A stretch of DNA of 64,000 nucleotides, from contig CAKNIZ010000003.1 of assembly GCA_930980855.1 (NCBI GenBank), forward strand, positions 32,338 through 96,337, in the 5' to 3' direction. The position numbers were made by a program, and so were the translations under genes. This DNA comes from an uncultured Clostridium sp. (GTDB taxonomy: Bacteria > Bacillota > Clostridia > TANB77 > CAG-508). The notes beneath the pieces were generated by a model. The model was not told the DNA's origin and searched no databases. It was given only the letters and a program-made list of their open reading frames with translations. This document shows positions 55,781 to 64,000 of the stretch, in pieces. Position 1 is the stretch's first letter. Each line of letters begins with the position of its first letter.

Positions 55781-57566
55781 ATCAAAGTGGGTTTATATAA
55801 TTGGTATTATTCCTGTGATATGGTTGGCTCTTTTAGTTGCTCCCTATTTATATGGAGGTGGTTTATCTTCTATATTAAAGGGTATGACAAAAGCATTAAA
55901 AGAGCCATTTGATATTGAATTATGTGCTAATTCATTAAAAACAGTAGTAATATTTCTTGCAATGTATGGAATTGGTATCATAGTATATTTATCATCTAAA
56001 AAGAACTATCGTAGGCGTGAAGAACACGGCTCTGCAAAATGGGGCGTTGCAAGAGTAATAAACAAGAAATATAAACAATTACCAGATAACAACAATAAAC
56101 TTCTTACACAAAATGTAAGAATTGGTTTAAATGGTAAAAAACACAGAAGAAATCTCAATGTTTTAGTATGTGGTGGTAGTGGTGCCGGGAAAACAAGATT
56201 TTATTGCAAGCCAAATTTAATGCAATGTAATACAAGTTTTGTTGTGCTTGATCCAAAGGGCGAAATTGTCAGAGATGTTGGTTATTTATTAGAAAAATCA
56301 GGATATGAAGTAAAGGTACTAGACTTAATCAATATGGAAAAAAGTCATTGCTATAATCCATTTGTTTATTTGAAAAGTGACAATGATGTTCAAAAACTTG
56401 TAACAAACCTTTTCAAGGCGACTACACCAAAAGGATCATCTTCACAAGACCCATTCTGGGATACTGCTGCAAGTATGCTTTTATTAGCATTAGTATTTTA
56501 TTTATGGTATGAAGCACCAGAAGAAGAACAAAACTTTCCAATGGTTATGGAACTTTTGCGTGCAGGAGAGGTACACGAAGATGATGACACTTATTTAAGT
56601 CCATTAGATGTACTTTTTAACAAATTAGAGAGTAGAGAGCCAAATCATATCGCAGTAAAATACTACCGTGATTACCGTAGTGGCTCTGCTAAAACATTAA
56701 AATCTATTCAGATAACACTTGCTAGTAGATTAGAAAAGTTTAATTTGCAAAGTCTTGCTTCATTAACTATGACAGACGAATTAGATTTACCATCACTAGG
56801 AGAAAAGAAAGTGGCATTGTTTGCGCTTATTCCAGATAATGACACATCATTTAATTTTTTAGTTAGTATTTTATACACGCAACTGTTTCAGCAGTTGTTT
56901 TTTTTAGCAGATCATAAATATAACGGAAGTCTGCCAGTACACGTTCATTTTGTAATGGATGAGTTCGCAAACGTGTCATTGCCAGATGATTTTGACAAGA
57001 TTTTGTCAGTAATGAGATCAAGGGAAGTATCAGTAAGCATTATTCTTCAAAATTTGGCTCAATTAAAAGCATTGTTTGAAAAACAATGGGAGTCAATAGT
57101 CGGTAATTGTGATGAGTTCTTATATTTAGGTGGAAATGAACAAAGTACCCATAAATACGTTAGTGAACTATTAGGAAAAGAAACGATAGACCTTGACACT
57201 CACGGCAAAAGCACAGGACATTCTGGTAGTTATTCTACTAATTTTCAATTAAGTGGACGAGAACTAATGACACCTGATGAAGTAAGACTTTTAGATAATC
57301 AATATGCCATTTTATTTATTAGAGGAGAAAGACCAATACTTGATAATAAATATGACATATTAAAACACCCAAACGTATCTAAAACAACAGACGGAAAAGA
57401 AAAGCCATACTTTCACGGTGGTACAGAAAGAGCAGTTGCTTCCATTATATTTGATGAAAATATAGAAGTTGATAATTTAGAAAACTTTGAAGAAATAGAA
57501 AGTGAATACGAGATTATTTCTTCAGAAGATATTGATGAATATTTAAAAAGAAAGGACGGAATTTAA
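55761..57566 (+). CDS. Type IV secretion coupling protein (VirD4/TraG-like)
   Basis: Two N-terminal TM helices, Walker A VCGGSGAGKT (about 56166) and Walker B-like HFVMDEFAN. Confidence 0.9.
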   Translation: MKEDTSKSKWVYIIGIIPVIWLALLVAPYLYGGGLSSILKGMTKALKEPFDIELCANSLKTVVIFLAMYGIGIIVYLSSKKNYRRREEHGSAKWGVARVINKKYKQLPDNNNKLLTQNVRIGLNGKKHRRNLNVLVCGGSGAGKTRFYCKPNLMQCNTSFVVLDPKGEIVRDVGYLLEKSGYEVKVLDLINMEKSHCYNPFVYLKSDNDVQKLVTNLFKATTPKGSSSQDPFWDTAASMLLLALVFYLWYEAPEEEQNFPMVMELLRAGEVHEDDDTYLSPLDVLFNKLESREPNHIAVKYYRDYRSGSAKTLKSIQITLASRLEKFNLQSLASLTMTDELDLPSLGEKKVALFALIPDNDTSFNFLVSILYTQLFQQLFFLADHKYNGSLPVHVHFVMDEFANVSLPDDFDKILSVMRSREVSVSIILQNLAQLKALFEKQWESIVGNCDEFLYLGGNEQSTHKYVSELLGKETIDLDTHGKSTGHSGSYSTNFQLSGRELMTPDEVRLLDNQYAILFIRGERPILDNKYDILKHPNVSKTTDGKEKPYFHGGTERAVASIIFDENIEVDNLENFEEIESEYEIISSEDIDEYLKRKDGI

Positions 57567-57567
57567 A

Positions 57568-57900
57568 ATGAAAAATAACAAAAAATTAACTTTAAGTAAG
57601 AGAGGTAAAAAACTATTTAAAATATATGCAATGAGTATTTTTACTTTTGCAATAACTATTGGAACAAGTATGACAGTTTTAGCAGCAGATGATCCACTTA
57701 CAGTAGTAAACAACTTGTCAGATTTTATTTTTGGACTTATCCGTGCGATAGGTATGATTTTGCTAGGCTTTGGTGTGGTACAAATTGGTTTATCACTAAA
57801 AAGCCACGATCCATCACAACGTGCAAATGGTTTCTTAACACTTGCAGGTGGAGTAATCATTACCTTTGCAAAAGAAATATTAAATATGATAGCAGGATAA
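57568..57900 (+). CDS. Maff2-family / VirB2-like small membrane protein (candidate pilin-like T4SS subunit)
   Basis: A signal/anchor segment, then ..ILLGFGVVQIGLSLKSHDPSQRANGFLTLAGGVII.., the two-helix pattern of Maff2/TrbC-like proteins. Confidence 0.6.
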   Translation: MKNNKKLTLSKRGKKLFKIYAMSIFTFAITIGTSMTVLAADDPLTVVNNLSDFIFGLIRAIGMILLGFGVVQIGLSLKSHDPSQRANGFLTLAGGVIITFAKEILNMIAG

Positions 57901-57905
57901 AAGGG

Positions 57906-57930
57906 GAGCAAGTTATTTGCTCTCTATTTT
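57906..57930 (+). terminator. Weak hairpin/attenuator after the pilin-like gene
   Basis: GAGCAA-GTTAT-TTGCTC is followed by TCTATTTT. Confidence 0.35.
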
Positions 57931-57953
57931 ATTACTAAAAGGAGGTGCTAAAA

Positions 57954-58790
57954 TTGTCAGATAACTGGGTAGTTCAAAACTTACAGAATGCTTTGGATAC
58001 TTGGAATGAAAAATTGGCAGAAATATGGACTTTAATTACTCAATCGCCATCAGAATTTAAAGGTGGAGGTATATGGACAGTTATTACAAATATACACGGT
58101 GCATTACAAGCAATAGGACTGGCTTTATTAGTATTGTTCTTTGTTGTTGGAGTAATGCGAACTTGTGGTAGTTTCGCAGAAGTGAAAAAGCCAGAACACG
58201 CCGTTAAATTATTTATTCGATTTGCAATAGCAAAGGGTGTAGTAACGTATGGTTTAAATCTAATGCTTGCAGTATTTAAAATAATACAAGGAGTTATATC
58301 TACAATAATGACATCTGCTAATTTGGGAGGAGCAACAACAACTGTATTGCCACAAGAAATAATCACGGCAGTCGAGAGTTGTGGGTTCTTCGAGTCCATT
58401 CCTCTGTGGGCAGTCACACTCATTGGAGGATTATTCATCACAGTATTGAGTTTCATAATGATCCTTACCGTTTACGGTAGATTTTTTAAATTATATTTAT
58501 ATACGGCTATTGCTCCAATACCTTTAAGCACATTTGCTGGAGAGCCTACGCAAAATGTGGGAAAGAGTTTCCTTAAATCCTATTGTGCAGTATGTCTGGA
58601 GGGAGCGATTATCGTTTTAAGTTGTATTATATTTTCAGTATTTGCCTCATCTCCACCAGTAGTAGATACGTCAGCAACGGCAGTAACGCAAGTATGGTCG
58701 TATATAGGAGAATTGATTTTCAATATGTTAGTGCTTGTTGGAACAATTAAATTATCTGATCGAGTGGTAAGAGAGATGATGGGCTTATAG
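57954..58790 (+). CDS. VirB6/TrbL-like polytopic T4SS membrane protein
   Basis: At least 5 predicted TM segments. I prefer the TTG at 57954, 8 nt after GGAGG; the track start at 57945 (GTG) overlaps the SD. Confidence 0.6.
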   Translation: MSDNWVVQNLQNALDTWNEKLAEIWTLITQSPSEFKGGGIWTVITNIHGALQAIGLALLVLFFVVGVMRTCGSFAEVKKPEHAVKLFIRFAIAKGVVTYGLNLMLAVFKIIQGVISTIMTSANLGGATTTVLPQEIITAVESCGFFESIPLWAVTLIGGLFITVLSFIMILTVYGRFFKLYLYTAIAPIPLSTFAGEPTQNVGKSFLKSYCAVCLEGAIIVLSCIIFSVFASSPPVVDTSATAVTQVWSYIGELIFNMLVLVGTIKLSDRVVREMMGL

Positions 58791-58804
58791 GAGAGTGATA
58801 AAAG

Positions 58805-59101
58805 ATGAAATATTTAGTAACGCACATTTTAAGTGAGCAAGAAAGAACTGAATATGAAAGCAAAGGACTTTTTTGTTATGATTTACGAGATAGTGATTTT
58901 GGCAAAGATATTGCCAGTATTGAAAAGCGTGTTGGAGTCAATAGAATTGGCTCTATGATTACAGATAAAGAAATAAAATTGGGTAATACCATAAATGATA
59001 ATTGGGTAGATTATAACACTTTTGTTGAAAGCAATAGAAGTGTTGATACGGTTGAAGAATTATTATCTAAAACCAAAAACAAAGAAAGAGAGGCGAGATA
59101 A
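58805..59101 (+). CDS. Hypothetical protein (LPD28-like by recollection)
   Basis: 98-aa ORF with ..YDLRDSDFGKDIASIEKRVGVNRIGSMI.. Its stop overlaps the next start (TAATG). Confidence 0.45.
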   Translation: MKYLVTHILSEQERTEYESKGLFCYDLRDSDFGKDIASIEKRVGVNRIGSMITDKEIKLGNTINDNWVDYNTFVESNRSVDTVEELLSKTKNKEREAR

Positions 59102-60297
59102 TGGAGGATATTATAAAACAAACAAGAGATAATGTAGAAGCCTTTTTAAGAGAAGATATGGAACATCAAAATAAAAGCATTGATTATTTGTTAGTAAATC
59201 CAGAAACAAAAGAAACAATTACTCTTGCAAGTGATGGTGGAGAAGAAATAATACAATTTGCTCCGTACACAACAAAAGAAAACGGATATGAAAATGGATA
59301 TATGAATGTACCAGAATGGGATTTTAATTTTGACACATATCTTTTTGAAGAATTACAAAAAGGCTATGAAGTGGGTTATATGTCTGATGACTGCCATTAT
59401 GGAGTATGGCAAATTATTGATGAATGGTATCCAGAAGATATTGAAAATAAAGATGGAGTTCAAAAGTATTTAAAATATTGCAAAGATAATGAAATAACAA
59501 AAGAATATCTTGATAATAAAATAGGTCTTAATACAAAAGATGTAATGCAATATTATGAGAATTTAGAAATTGGAGATACAATGGAATATTTAGAATATAT
59601 TGCAGAGGTTGATGGATTAAATCCAGAAAATAATAAAGAGCATATCGTTAATTTCTACGAAAATAAACAAGACTATATAGATGGAGAAAGAATTGAAAGT
59701 GTATCTTTAAAGACCGAAAATTTAAAACAAAATATCAGAGATTATATTGAAGAAAATTATAATTTAGAAGAAAAGGATATGGGAGATGAAAGAGCCTATT
59801 TCACTTTTGTTTTAGGTTATGATGTATTACAAGATATGTTTAGAAATTCTACTGCTCCAGAGTGTGATCTTGTTTATGATTTTTGCGATTATGAAGCAGG
59901 GAGATTTTTAGAATCAAAAGAATATAGAAATCCAAAGCATTCTGGATATGAAATGTTAGTTGAGTGGGTAGATAAAAATAAAGGACAAATATTAGAAGAT
60001 TTTAAAGAGATGACTGGTGGAGAAATTGAAATTTATAATGGTAATATGCGAATTATAGAAAAAGGTTATAGAAATAAAGAGCCTGTTGCATTAGTAGAAA
60101 AAACAATAGGAAATGAAAAAGAGTATATAGTTGCTTTTTTCTATACAACAAAACAAGATAAATTAGAGTGGGCTTATGGATATTATTATGACAATGACAA
60201 AGTAAAAGCCCAAAAAGATTTTCAAAAAGTTGTTTCTGGAGATAATCTTGCAGATACCTTTAATAAAAAAGAAAGTAGGAATAACTATGAAAAATAA
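59101..60297 (+). CDS. Acidic hypothetical protein with a DUF3849-like C-terminus
   Basis: 398 aa, D/E/Y-rich. The C-terminus ..EKEYIVAFFYTTKQDKLEWAYGYYYDNDKVKAQKDFQK resembles DUF3849 as I recall it. Confidence 0.45.
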   Translation: MEDIIKQTRDNVEAFLREDMEHQNKSIDYLLVNPETKETITLASDGGEEIIQFAPYTTKENGYENGYMNVPEWDFNFDTYLFEELQKGYEVGYMSDDCHYGVWQIIDEWYPEDIENKDGVQKYLKYCKDNEITKEYLDNKIGLNTKDVMQYYENLEIGDTMEYLEYIAEVDGLNPENNKEHIVNFYENKQDYIDGERIESVSLKTENLKQNIRDYIEENYNLEEKDMGDERAYFTFVLGYDVLQDMFRNSTAPECDLVYDFCDYEAGRFLESKEYRNPKHSGYEMLVEWVDKNKGQILEDFKEMTGGEIEIYNGNMRIIEKGYRNKEPVALVEKTIGNEKEYIVAFFYTTKQDKLEWAYGYYYDNDKVKAQKDFQKVVSGDNLADTFNKKESRNNYEK

Positions 60298-60544
60298 AGA
60301 GCCTATAAAATATTTTACTCACCCTGAAAATTCTATATTTGCAGGTATGCAGATTAGAGAAAATCCAGATGACGCCTTTGAAAATGCCATTAAAAGAGGT
60401 ATGAAAAATCCAGAGGACTGGATGTATATGTATTCGGAAAATGGTAGAGATTATTTTAAACATTGCGACAGCAGATGTTATAAATCATACCCACAATTTG
60501 GTTTGGTAGAAACAATTAAAAATAAAATACAAAGGGAAAGGTAG
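60287..60544 (+). CDS. Hypothetical protein
   Basis: I chose the ATG at 60287, after AGGAATAA. 85 aa. It overlaps the upstream stop. Confidence 0.45.
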   Translation: MKNKEPIKYFTHPENSIFAGMQIRENPDDAFENAIKRGMKNPEDWMYMYSENGRDYFKHCDSRCYKSYPQFGLVETIKNKIQRER

Positions 60545-60551
60545 GAATATA

Positions 60552-60851
60552 ATGAGTAGAATAAAAGAAAGTGAATTATATATTTATACAGAAGATAATG
60601 AGAATTTTGAAAGTTATGATAATCAGAAGGCTTTATTTAAAACTAAAATTGTTTCTGATATGAAACATAACGGAGAAATTGTGGAAGTAATAGGTCTTTT
60701 GAAAGAAAAAGATATTTATAATGACAGGTATATTGTTCGTTTTAAAGATGGATCAATAGATAATAACATTATGAGTGTAGAATTAGATTTTGATTATAAA
60801 AAAGAAATAGAAAGAAAAACAAATCAAAAAAATAAGGAAAGGAGTAGATAA
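60552..60851 (+). CDS. Hypothetical protein
   Basis: 99-aa ORF, tightly coupled to its neighbours. Confidence 0.45.
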   Translation: MSRIKESELYIYTEDNENFESYDNQKALFKTKIVSDMKHNGEIVEVIGLLKEKDIYNDRYIVRFKDGSIDNNIMSVELDFDYKKEIERKTNQKNKERSR

Positions 60852-60854
60852 AAA

Positions 60855-61235
60855 GTGGAAGTAAAAATAAATCGTGAAATACGAAATTATACTGAAAGTA
60901 TATTCTTTGGACTGTCTTTACGACAGTTCATTTTTTCTATATTTGCTTGTGGAGTAGCCGTATTACTTTATTTTTTATTAAGAAGTAAGTTTGATATTGG
61001 CACATTGTCTTGGATGTGCATATTAGGTGCTGCTCCATTTGCAGCACTTGGTTTTCTAACTTATAACGGAATGACTGCTGAAAAGTTTATATGGGCTTGG
61101 ATTAAATCAGAAGTTTTAACTCCTCGTCATTTAACTTTCAAGCCAACAAACTTTTATTATGAACTTATGAAAGATAAATTAGAAAATAAAGAAAGCGAGG
61201 TAAAGAAGAATGAAAAGTCTGAAAGCAATATTTAA
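60855..61235 (+). CDS. PrgI-family (VirB3-like) T4SS membrane protein
   Basis: GTG start after AGGAG. ..EIRNYTESIFFGLSLRQFIFSIFACGVAVLLYF.. is the PrgI-family N-terminal pattern, and it sits immediately upstream of VirB4. Confidence 0.7.
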   Translation: MEVKINREIRNYTESIFFGLSLRQFIFSIFACGVAVLLYFLLRSKFDIGTLSWMCILGAAPFAALGFLTYNGMTAEKFIWAWIKSEVLTPRHLTFKPTNFYYELMKDKLENKESEVKKNEKSESNI

Positions 61236-63543
61236 AAATGACAAAGAAAAGTTTATTGCTCCAAAAGGAGTGCAAGATGTAGTGCCAGTAACCCGAATAT
61301 GGGAAGATGGCACTTTTTTAGTGGGAAAAAATAAATATTCAAAAACATATCGTTTTACAGATATAAACTATGCAGTAGCAAGTAGAAGTGATAAAGAAGC
61401 AATGTTTTTAGAATATTGTGAACTATTAAATAGTTTTGATACTGGTGCAACAACTAAAATAACTATATCCAATAGAAGATTGAATAAATTAGATTTTGAA
61501 AAAACTATTTTGTTACCACTTGTTGGAGATGATTTAGATGAGTATAGAAAAGAGTATAATAAAATGCTTATGGATCAAGCAAATAGTGCAAACGGAATAG
61601 TACAAGAAAAATATATTACAGTATCAGTAAATAAAAAGAGTTTGGAGGAAGCAAGAAATTATTTCTCACGAATAGGTGCAGATTTAACAAATCATTTTGC
61701 ACAACTTGGCTCAAAGTGTGTGGAATTGGACGCAGTAGAAAGATTAAGAATATGTCACGATTTTTATAGAACAGGAGAGGAAAATTCTTTTAATTTTGAT
61801 ATGTTATCAAATATGAAAAAAGGACATAGTTTTAAAGATTATATATGTCCTGATAGTTTCAAATTTGAAAGTGATTATTTTAAAATGGGAAAAAGATATG
61901 GGAGAGTAATATTCTTAAAAGAATATGCTTCCTATATAAAAGACAGTATGGTTGCAGAAATGACAGAACTTAATAGAAATTTAATGATGAGTGTTGATGT
62001 TCTTCCAATACCAATGGACGAAGCAGTACGAGAGGTTGAAAACAGACGACTTGGAGTTGAAACGAATATAACAAATTGGCAACGCAGACAAAATGCAAAT
62101 AATAATTTTAGTGCCGTAATTCCTTATGATTTAGAACAACAACGTAATGAATCAAAAGAGTTTTTAGACGATTTAACAACACGAGATCAAAGAATGTTTG
62201 TATGCGTCTTAACTCTTGTTCATACGGCAGATACAAAAGAACAATTAGATAATGATACAGAAAACTTGCTTACTACTGCAAGGAAGCATTTATGTCAGTT
62301 TGCAATTTTAAAATATCAACAACAAGATGGATTAAATACTGCAATGCCACACGGTGTAAGAAAAATAGACGCATTAAGAACACTTACAACAGAAAGTCTT
62401 GCAGTATTTATACCGTTCAAAGTACAGGAGATAAATCACGAGAACGGAATCTATTATGGGCAAAATGTAATCAGTAAAAATATGATTATAGCAGATAGAC
62501 GTCAATTACTGAATGGTAATTCATTTATATTAGGAGTTAGTGGAAGTGGTAAGTCATTTACTGGTAAAAATGAAATAGTATCAACAATATTGAGAAATCC
62601 AAACGCAGATGTAATCATTGTTGATCCAGAACGTGAGTATGGCTCACTTGTTAATGCTTTAAAAGGCGAAGTAATAAGAATATCAGCAACAAGTGATAGT
62701 CATATAAACGCAATGGATATGAATAGTGAGTATGGAGATGGTGCAAATCCTGTAATATTAAAGTCAGAGTTTATTTTATCTCTTTGTGAGCAGTTAATTG
62801 GTGGGAATAATCTCGGACCAAAGCAGAAGTCAATTATTGATCGTTGCACTGCTTCGGTCTATCGACATTTTCAACAAGGAAATTATCAAGGAACACCACC
62901 AACATTACAGGATTTTAGAGAGGAACTACTAAAACAGAGTGAGCCAGAAGCAAAGGAAATAGCATTAGCCATTGAATTGTTTACGAATGGTAGTTTAAAT
63001 ACGTTTGCAAAGGAAACAAATGTTGATACTGACAATAGACTAATATGTTACGATATTTTAGACTTAGGTAAACAGTTACAACCTATTGGAATGTTGGTCG
63101 TACTGGATAGTATTCTTAATAGAATAACAAGAAATAGAGCAAAAGGTAGAAATACCTTTATTTTTATCGATGAGATATACTTGCTTTTCCAACACGAATA
63201 TTCTGCAAATTTTCTGTTTACTTTATGGAAGCGTGTTCGTAAGTATGGGGCATTCGCAACAGGTATTACACAAAATGTTGATGACTTATTACAAAGTCAT
63301 ACTGCAAGAACTATGCTTGCAAACTCTGAATTTATAGTAATGCTTAATCAGGCAAGTACCGATCGTGTTGAACTTGCAAAATTGCTTAATATATCTGATT
63401 TACAAATGAACTATATTACTAATGTTGGAGCAGGACAAGGCTTAATTAAAATATCAAGTATTTTAGTTCCTTTTATAAATAGATTTCCTAAAAATACAAA
63501 ATTATACAAACTAATGACTACAAAACCGGGCGAGGGTATGTAG
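61210..63543 (+). CDS. virB4: VirB4-like conjugative transfer ATPase
   Basis: 777 aa, with Walker A GVSGSGKSF (about 62533) and Walker B FIFIDEIY. It overlaps the end of the prgI-like gene. Confidence 0.92.
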   Translation: MKSLKAIFKNDKEKFIAPKGVQDVVPVTRIWEDGTFLVGKNKYSKTYRFTDINYAVASRSDKEAMFLEYCELLNSFDTGATTKITISNRRLNKLDFEKTILLPLVGDDLDEYRKEYNKMLMDQANSANGIVQEKYITVSVNKKSLEEARNYFSRIGADLTNHFAQLGSKCVELDAVERLRICHDFYRTGEENSFNFDMLSNMKKGHSFKDYICPDSFKFESDYFKMGKRYGRVIFLKEYASYIKDSMVAEMTELNRNLMMSVDVLPIPMDEAVREVENRRLGVETNITNWQRRQNANNNFSAVIPYDLEQQRNESKEFLDDLTTRDQRMFVCVLTLVHTADTKEQLDNDTENLLTTARKHLCQFAILKYQQQDGLNTAMPHGVRKIDALRTLTTESLAVFIPFKVQEINHENGIYYGQNVISKNMIIADRRQLLNGNSFILGVSGSGKSFTGKNEIVSTILRNPNADVIIVDPEREYGSLVNALKGEVIRISATSDSHINAMDMNSEYGDGANPVILKSEFILSLCEQLIGGNNLGPKQKSIIDRCTASVYRHFQQGNYQGTPPTLQDFREELLKQSEPEAKEIALAIELFTNGSLNTFAKETNVDTDNRLICYDILDLGKQLQPIGMLVVLDSILNRITRNRAKGRNTFIFIDEIYLLFQHEYSANFLFTLWKRVRKYGAFATGITQNVDDLLQSHTARTMLANSEFIVMLNQASTDRVELAKLLNISDLQMNYITNVGAGQGLIKISSILVPFINRFPKNTKLYKLMTTKPGEGM

Positions 63544-63560
63544 TTTAGGAGGTGACTATA

Positions 63561-64000
63561 TTGGCAGATATAAAAGTAAAAGATACAAAGAACAAGACTA
63601 TAAAAACAATAGATAAAGGTATAATAGCAACAGAACGATTTAAAGATACCATTGTTCATACAAAAGAAAAAGCAGAAAATACTGGGGCAAGTGATGGCAA
63701 TATAGTTGAAGATGGAAGTGAAAAAATAAAGTTTGCAACAAATAGAACAGTTGATGAAACGATTTATCGTACTAATCAAATTGGAAAAAAATCACTTGCT
63801 AAAACAAAAGATAATTTTATTAAATCAAAAATAAAAATCAAAGCATTTAAAAATAAAATGACAAGTAAGAAAGTACAGAAAACAGTAGAAAAAACAACAA
63901 AAACAGCCATAAAAACAAGTAAAAGTGTTGCTAAAAATACAAAACAAGTTGCAAAGCAGTCTGTTAAGGCTTCACAAAGAGCAATAAATACGGCAAAACA
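63561..64000 (+). CDS. N-terminus of the next large T4SS/ICE protein (runs off the window)
   Basis: TTG at 63561, 6 nt after AGGAGGTG. The frame is open to the window end (LADIKVKDTKNKTIKTIDKGIIATERFKDTIVHTKEKAEN..). In related elements the gene after virB4 is a large K-rich protein carrying cell-wall hydrolase domains (from recollection). Confidence 0.55.
   Translation, partial: MADIKVKDTKNKTIKTIDKGIIATERFKDTIVHTKEKAENTGASDGNIVEDGSEKIKFATNRTVDETIYRTNQIGKKSLAKTKDNFIKSKIKIKAFKNKMTSKKVQKTVEKTTKTAIKTSKSVAKNTKQVAKQSVKASQRAINTAK

Larger units (their letters stand above)
29550..64000. mobile_element. Integrative conjugative element, left end and at least 34 kb of body (right end outside window)
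   Basis: A tyrosine integrase sits at the left edge, immediately after the SEC-C gene stop. It is followed co-directionally by parAB, an adhesin with sortase, a methylase-helicase, Toprim, MobC, a relaxase, PcfB, the T4SS coupling protein (T4CP), VirB2/VirB6/PrgI/VirB4-like genes and the next T4SS gene. Confidence 0.85.

Noticed and set aside
57543-58456. Minus-strand ORFs 57543-57911 and 58040-58456 opposite the Maff2-like and VirB6-like genes; also 62292-62477(+) inside virB4 and 63411-63779(-).
   Set aside because: They are antisense or off-frame within a tightly coupled, co-directional operon whose sense frames have recognisable family features.

Overview
Low-GC, AT-rich Firmicutes/Clostridia-type chromosomal DNA using the standard bacterial genetic code. 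I saw no rRNA, tRNA or CRISPR array. The window has two parts.

**(1) nt 1 to about 29,550: mostly housekeeping genes.**
- The genes are nusG', rplK, rplA, L10 leader, rplJ, rplL, plsX, acpP, rnc, a radical-SAM gene, ogg, addB, a polysaccharide deacetylase, tsaC/sua5, pth, RNase E/G, an acyl-CoA ligase, capA-like, rimO, GT4 and PlsC-like lipid genes, a single-NBD ABC ATPase, an IcaA/PgaC-like GT2, a frameshifted feoB and a SEC-C protein.
- Gene order is unusual. rplL is followed by plsX rather than rpoBC, and addB has no adjacent addA.
- A two-gene accessory module (a repeat-rich amidoligase-domain protein plus a small ORF) sits between acpP and rnc.
- Three intergenic copies of a structured long-hairpin repeat family are present.
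- A small gene of clearly foreign, higher-GC composition is present.

**(2) nt about 29,550 to the window end (at least 34.4 kb): the left portion of an integrative conjugative element (ICE).**
- Backbone, in order: AP2-arm tyrosine integrase, ParA/ParB, thioester-domain/CnaB surface adhesin with its own sortase, and a 2534-aa polyvalent protein (ArdC-N-like + N6-adenine methyltransferase + SNF2 helicase).
- Then: a Toprim protein, an XRE regulator, MobC, relaxase, PcfB, and the type IV secretion system (T4SS) coupling protein.
- Then: Maff2/VirB2-like, VirB6-like, PrgI and VirB4 proteins, and the start of the next large T4SS protein.

**Most noteworthy observations.**
- A complete TnpV-like gene with its own Shine-Dalgarno (SD) and ATG is nested out of frame inside the 2534-aa ORF, in a T-depleted stretch open in 4 of 6 frames.
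- The long-hairpin repeat family shows compensatory substitutions between copies.
- The amidoligase module lies in the plsX-acpP-rnc locus.
- A cell-wall cargo cassette (S11 DD-carboxypeptidase, VanZ, a C45-type hydrolase) is wedged between mobC and the relaxase gene.
- Seven TGTCCAC (DnaA-box-like) motifs cluster at the ICE left end.

All family assignments come from reading motifs by eye. No database search was run.
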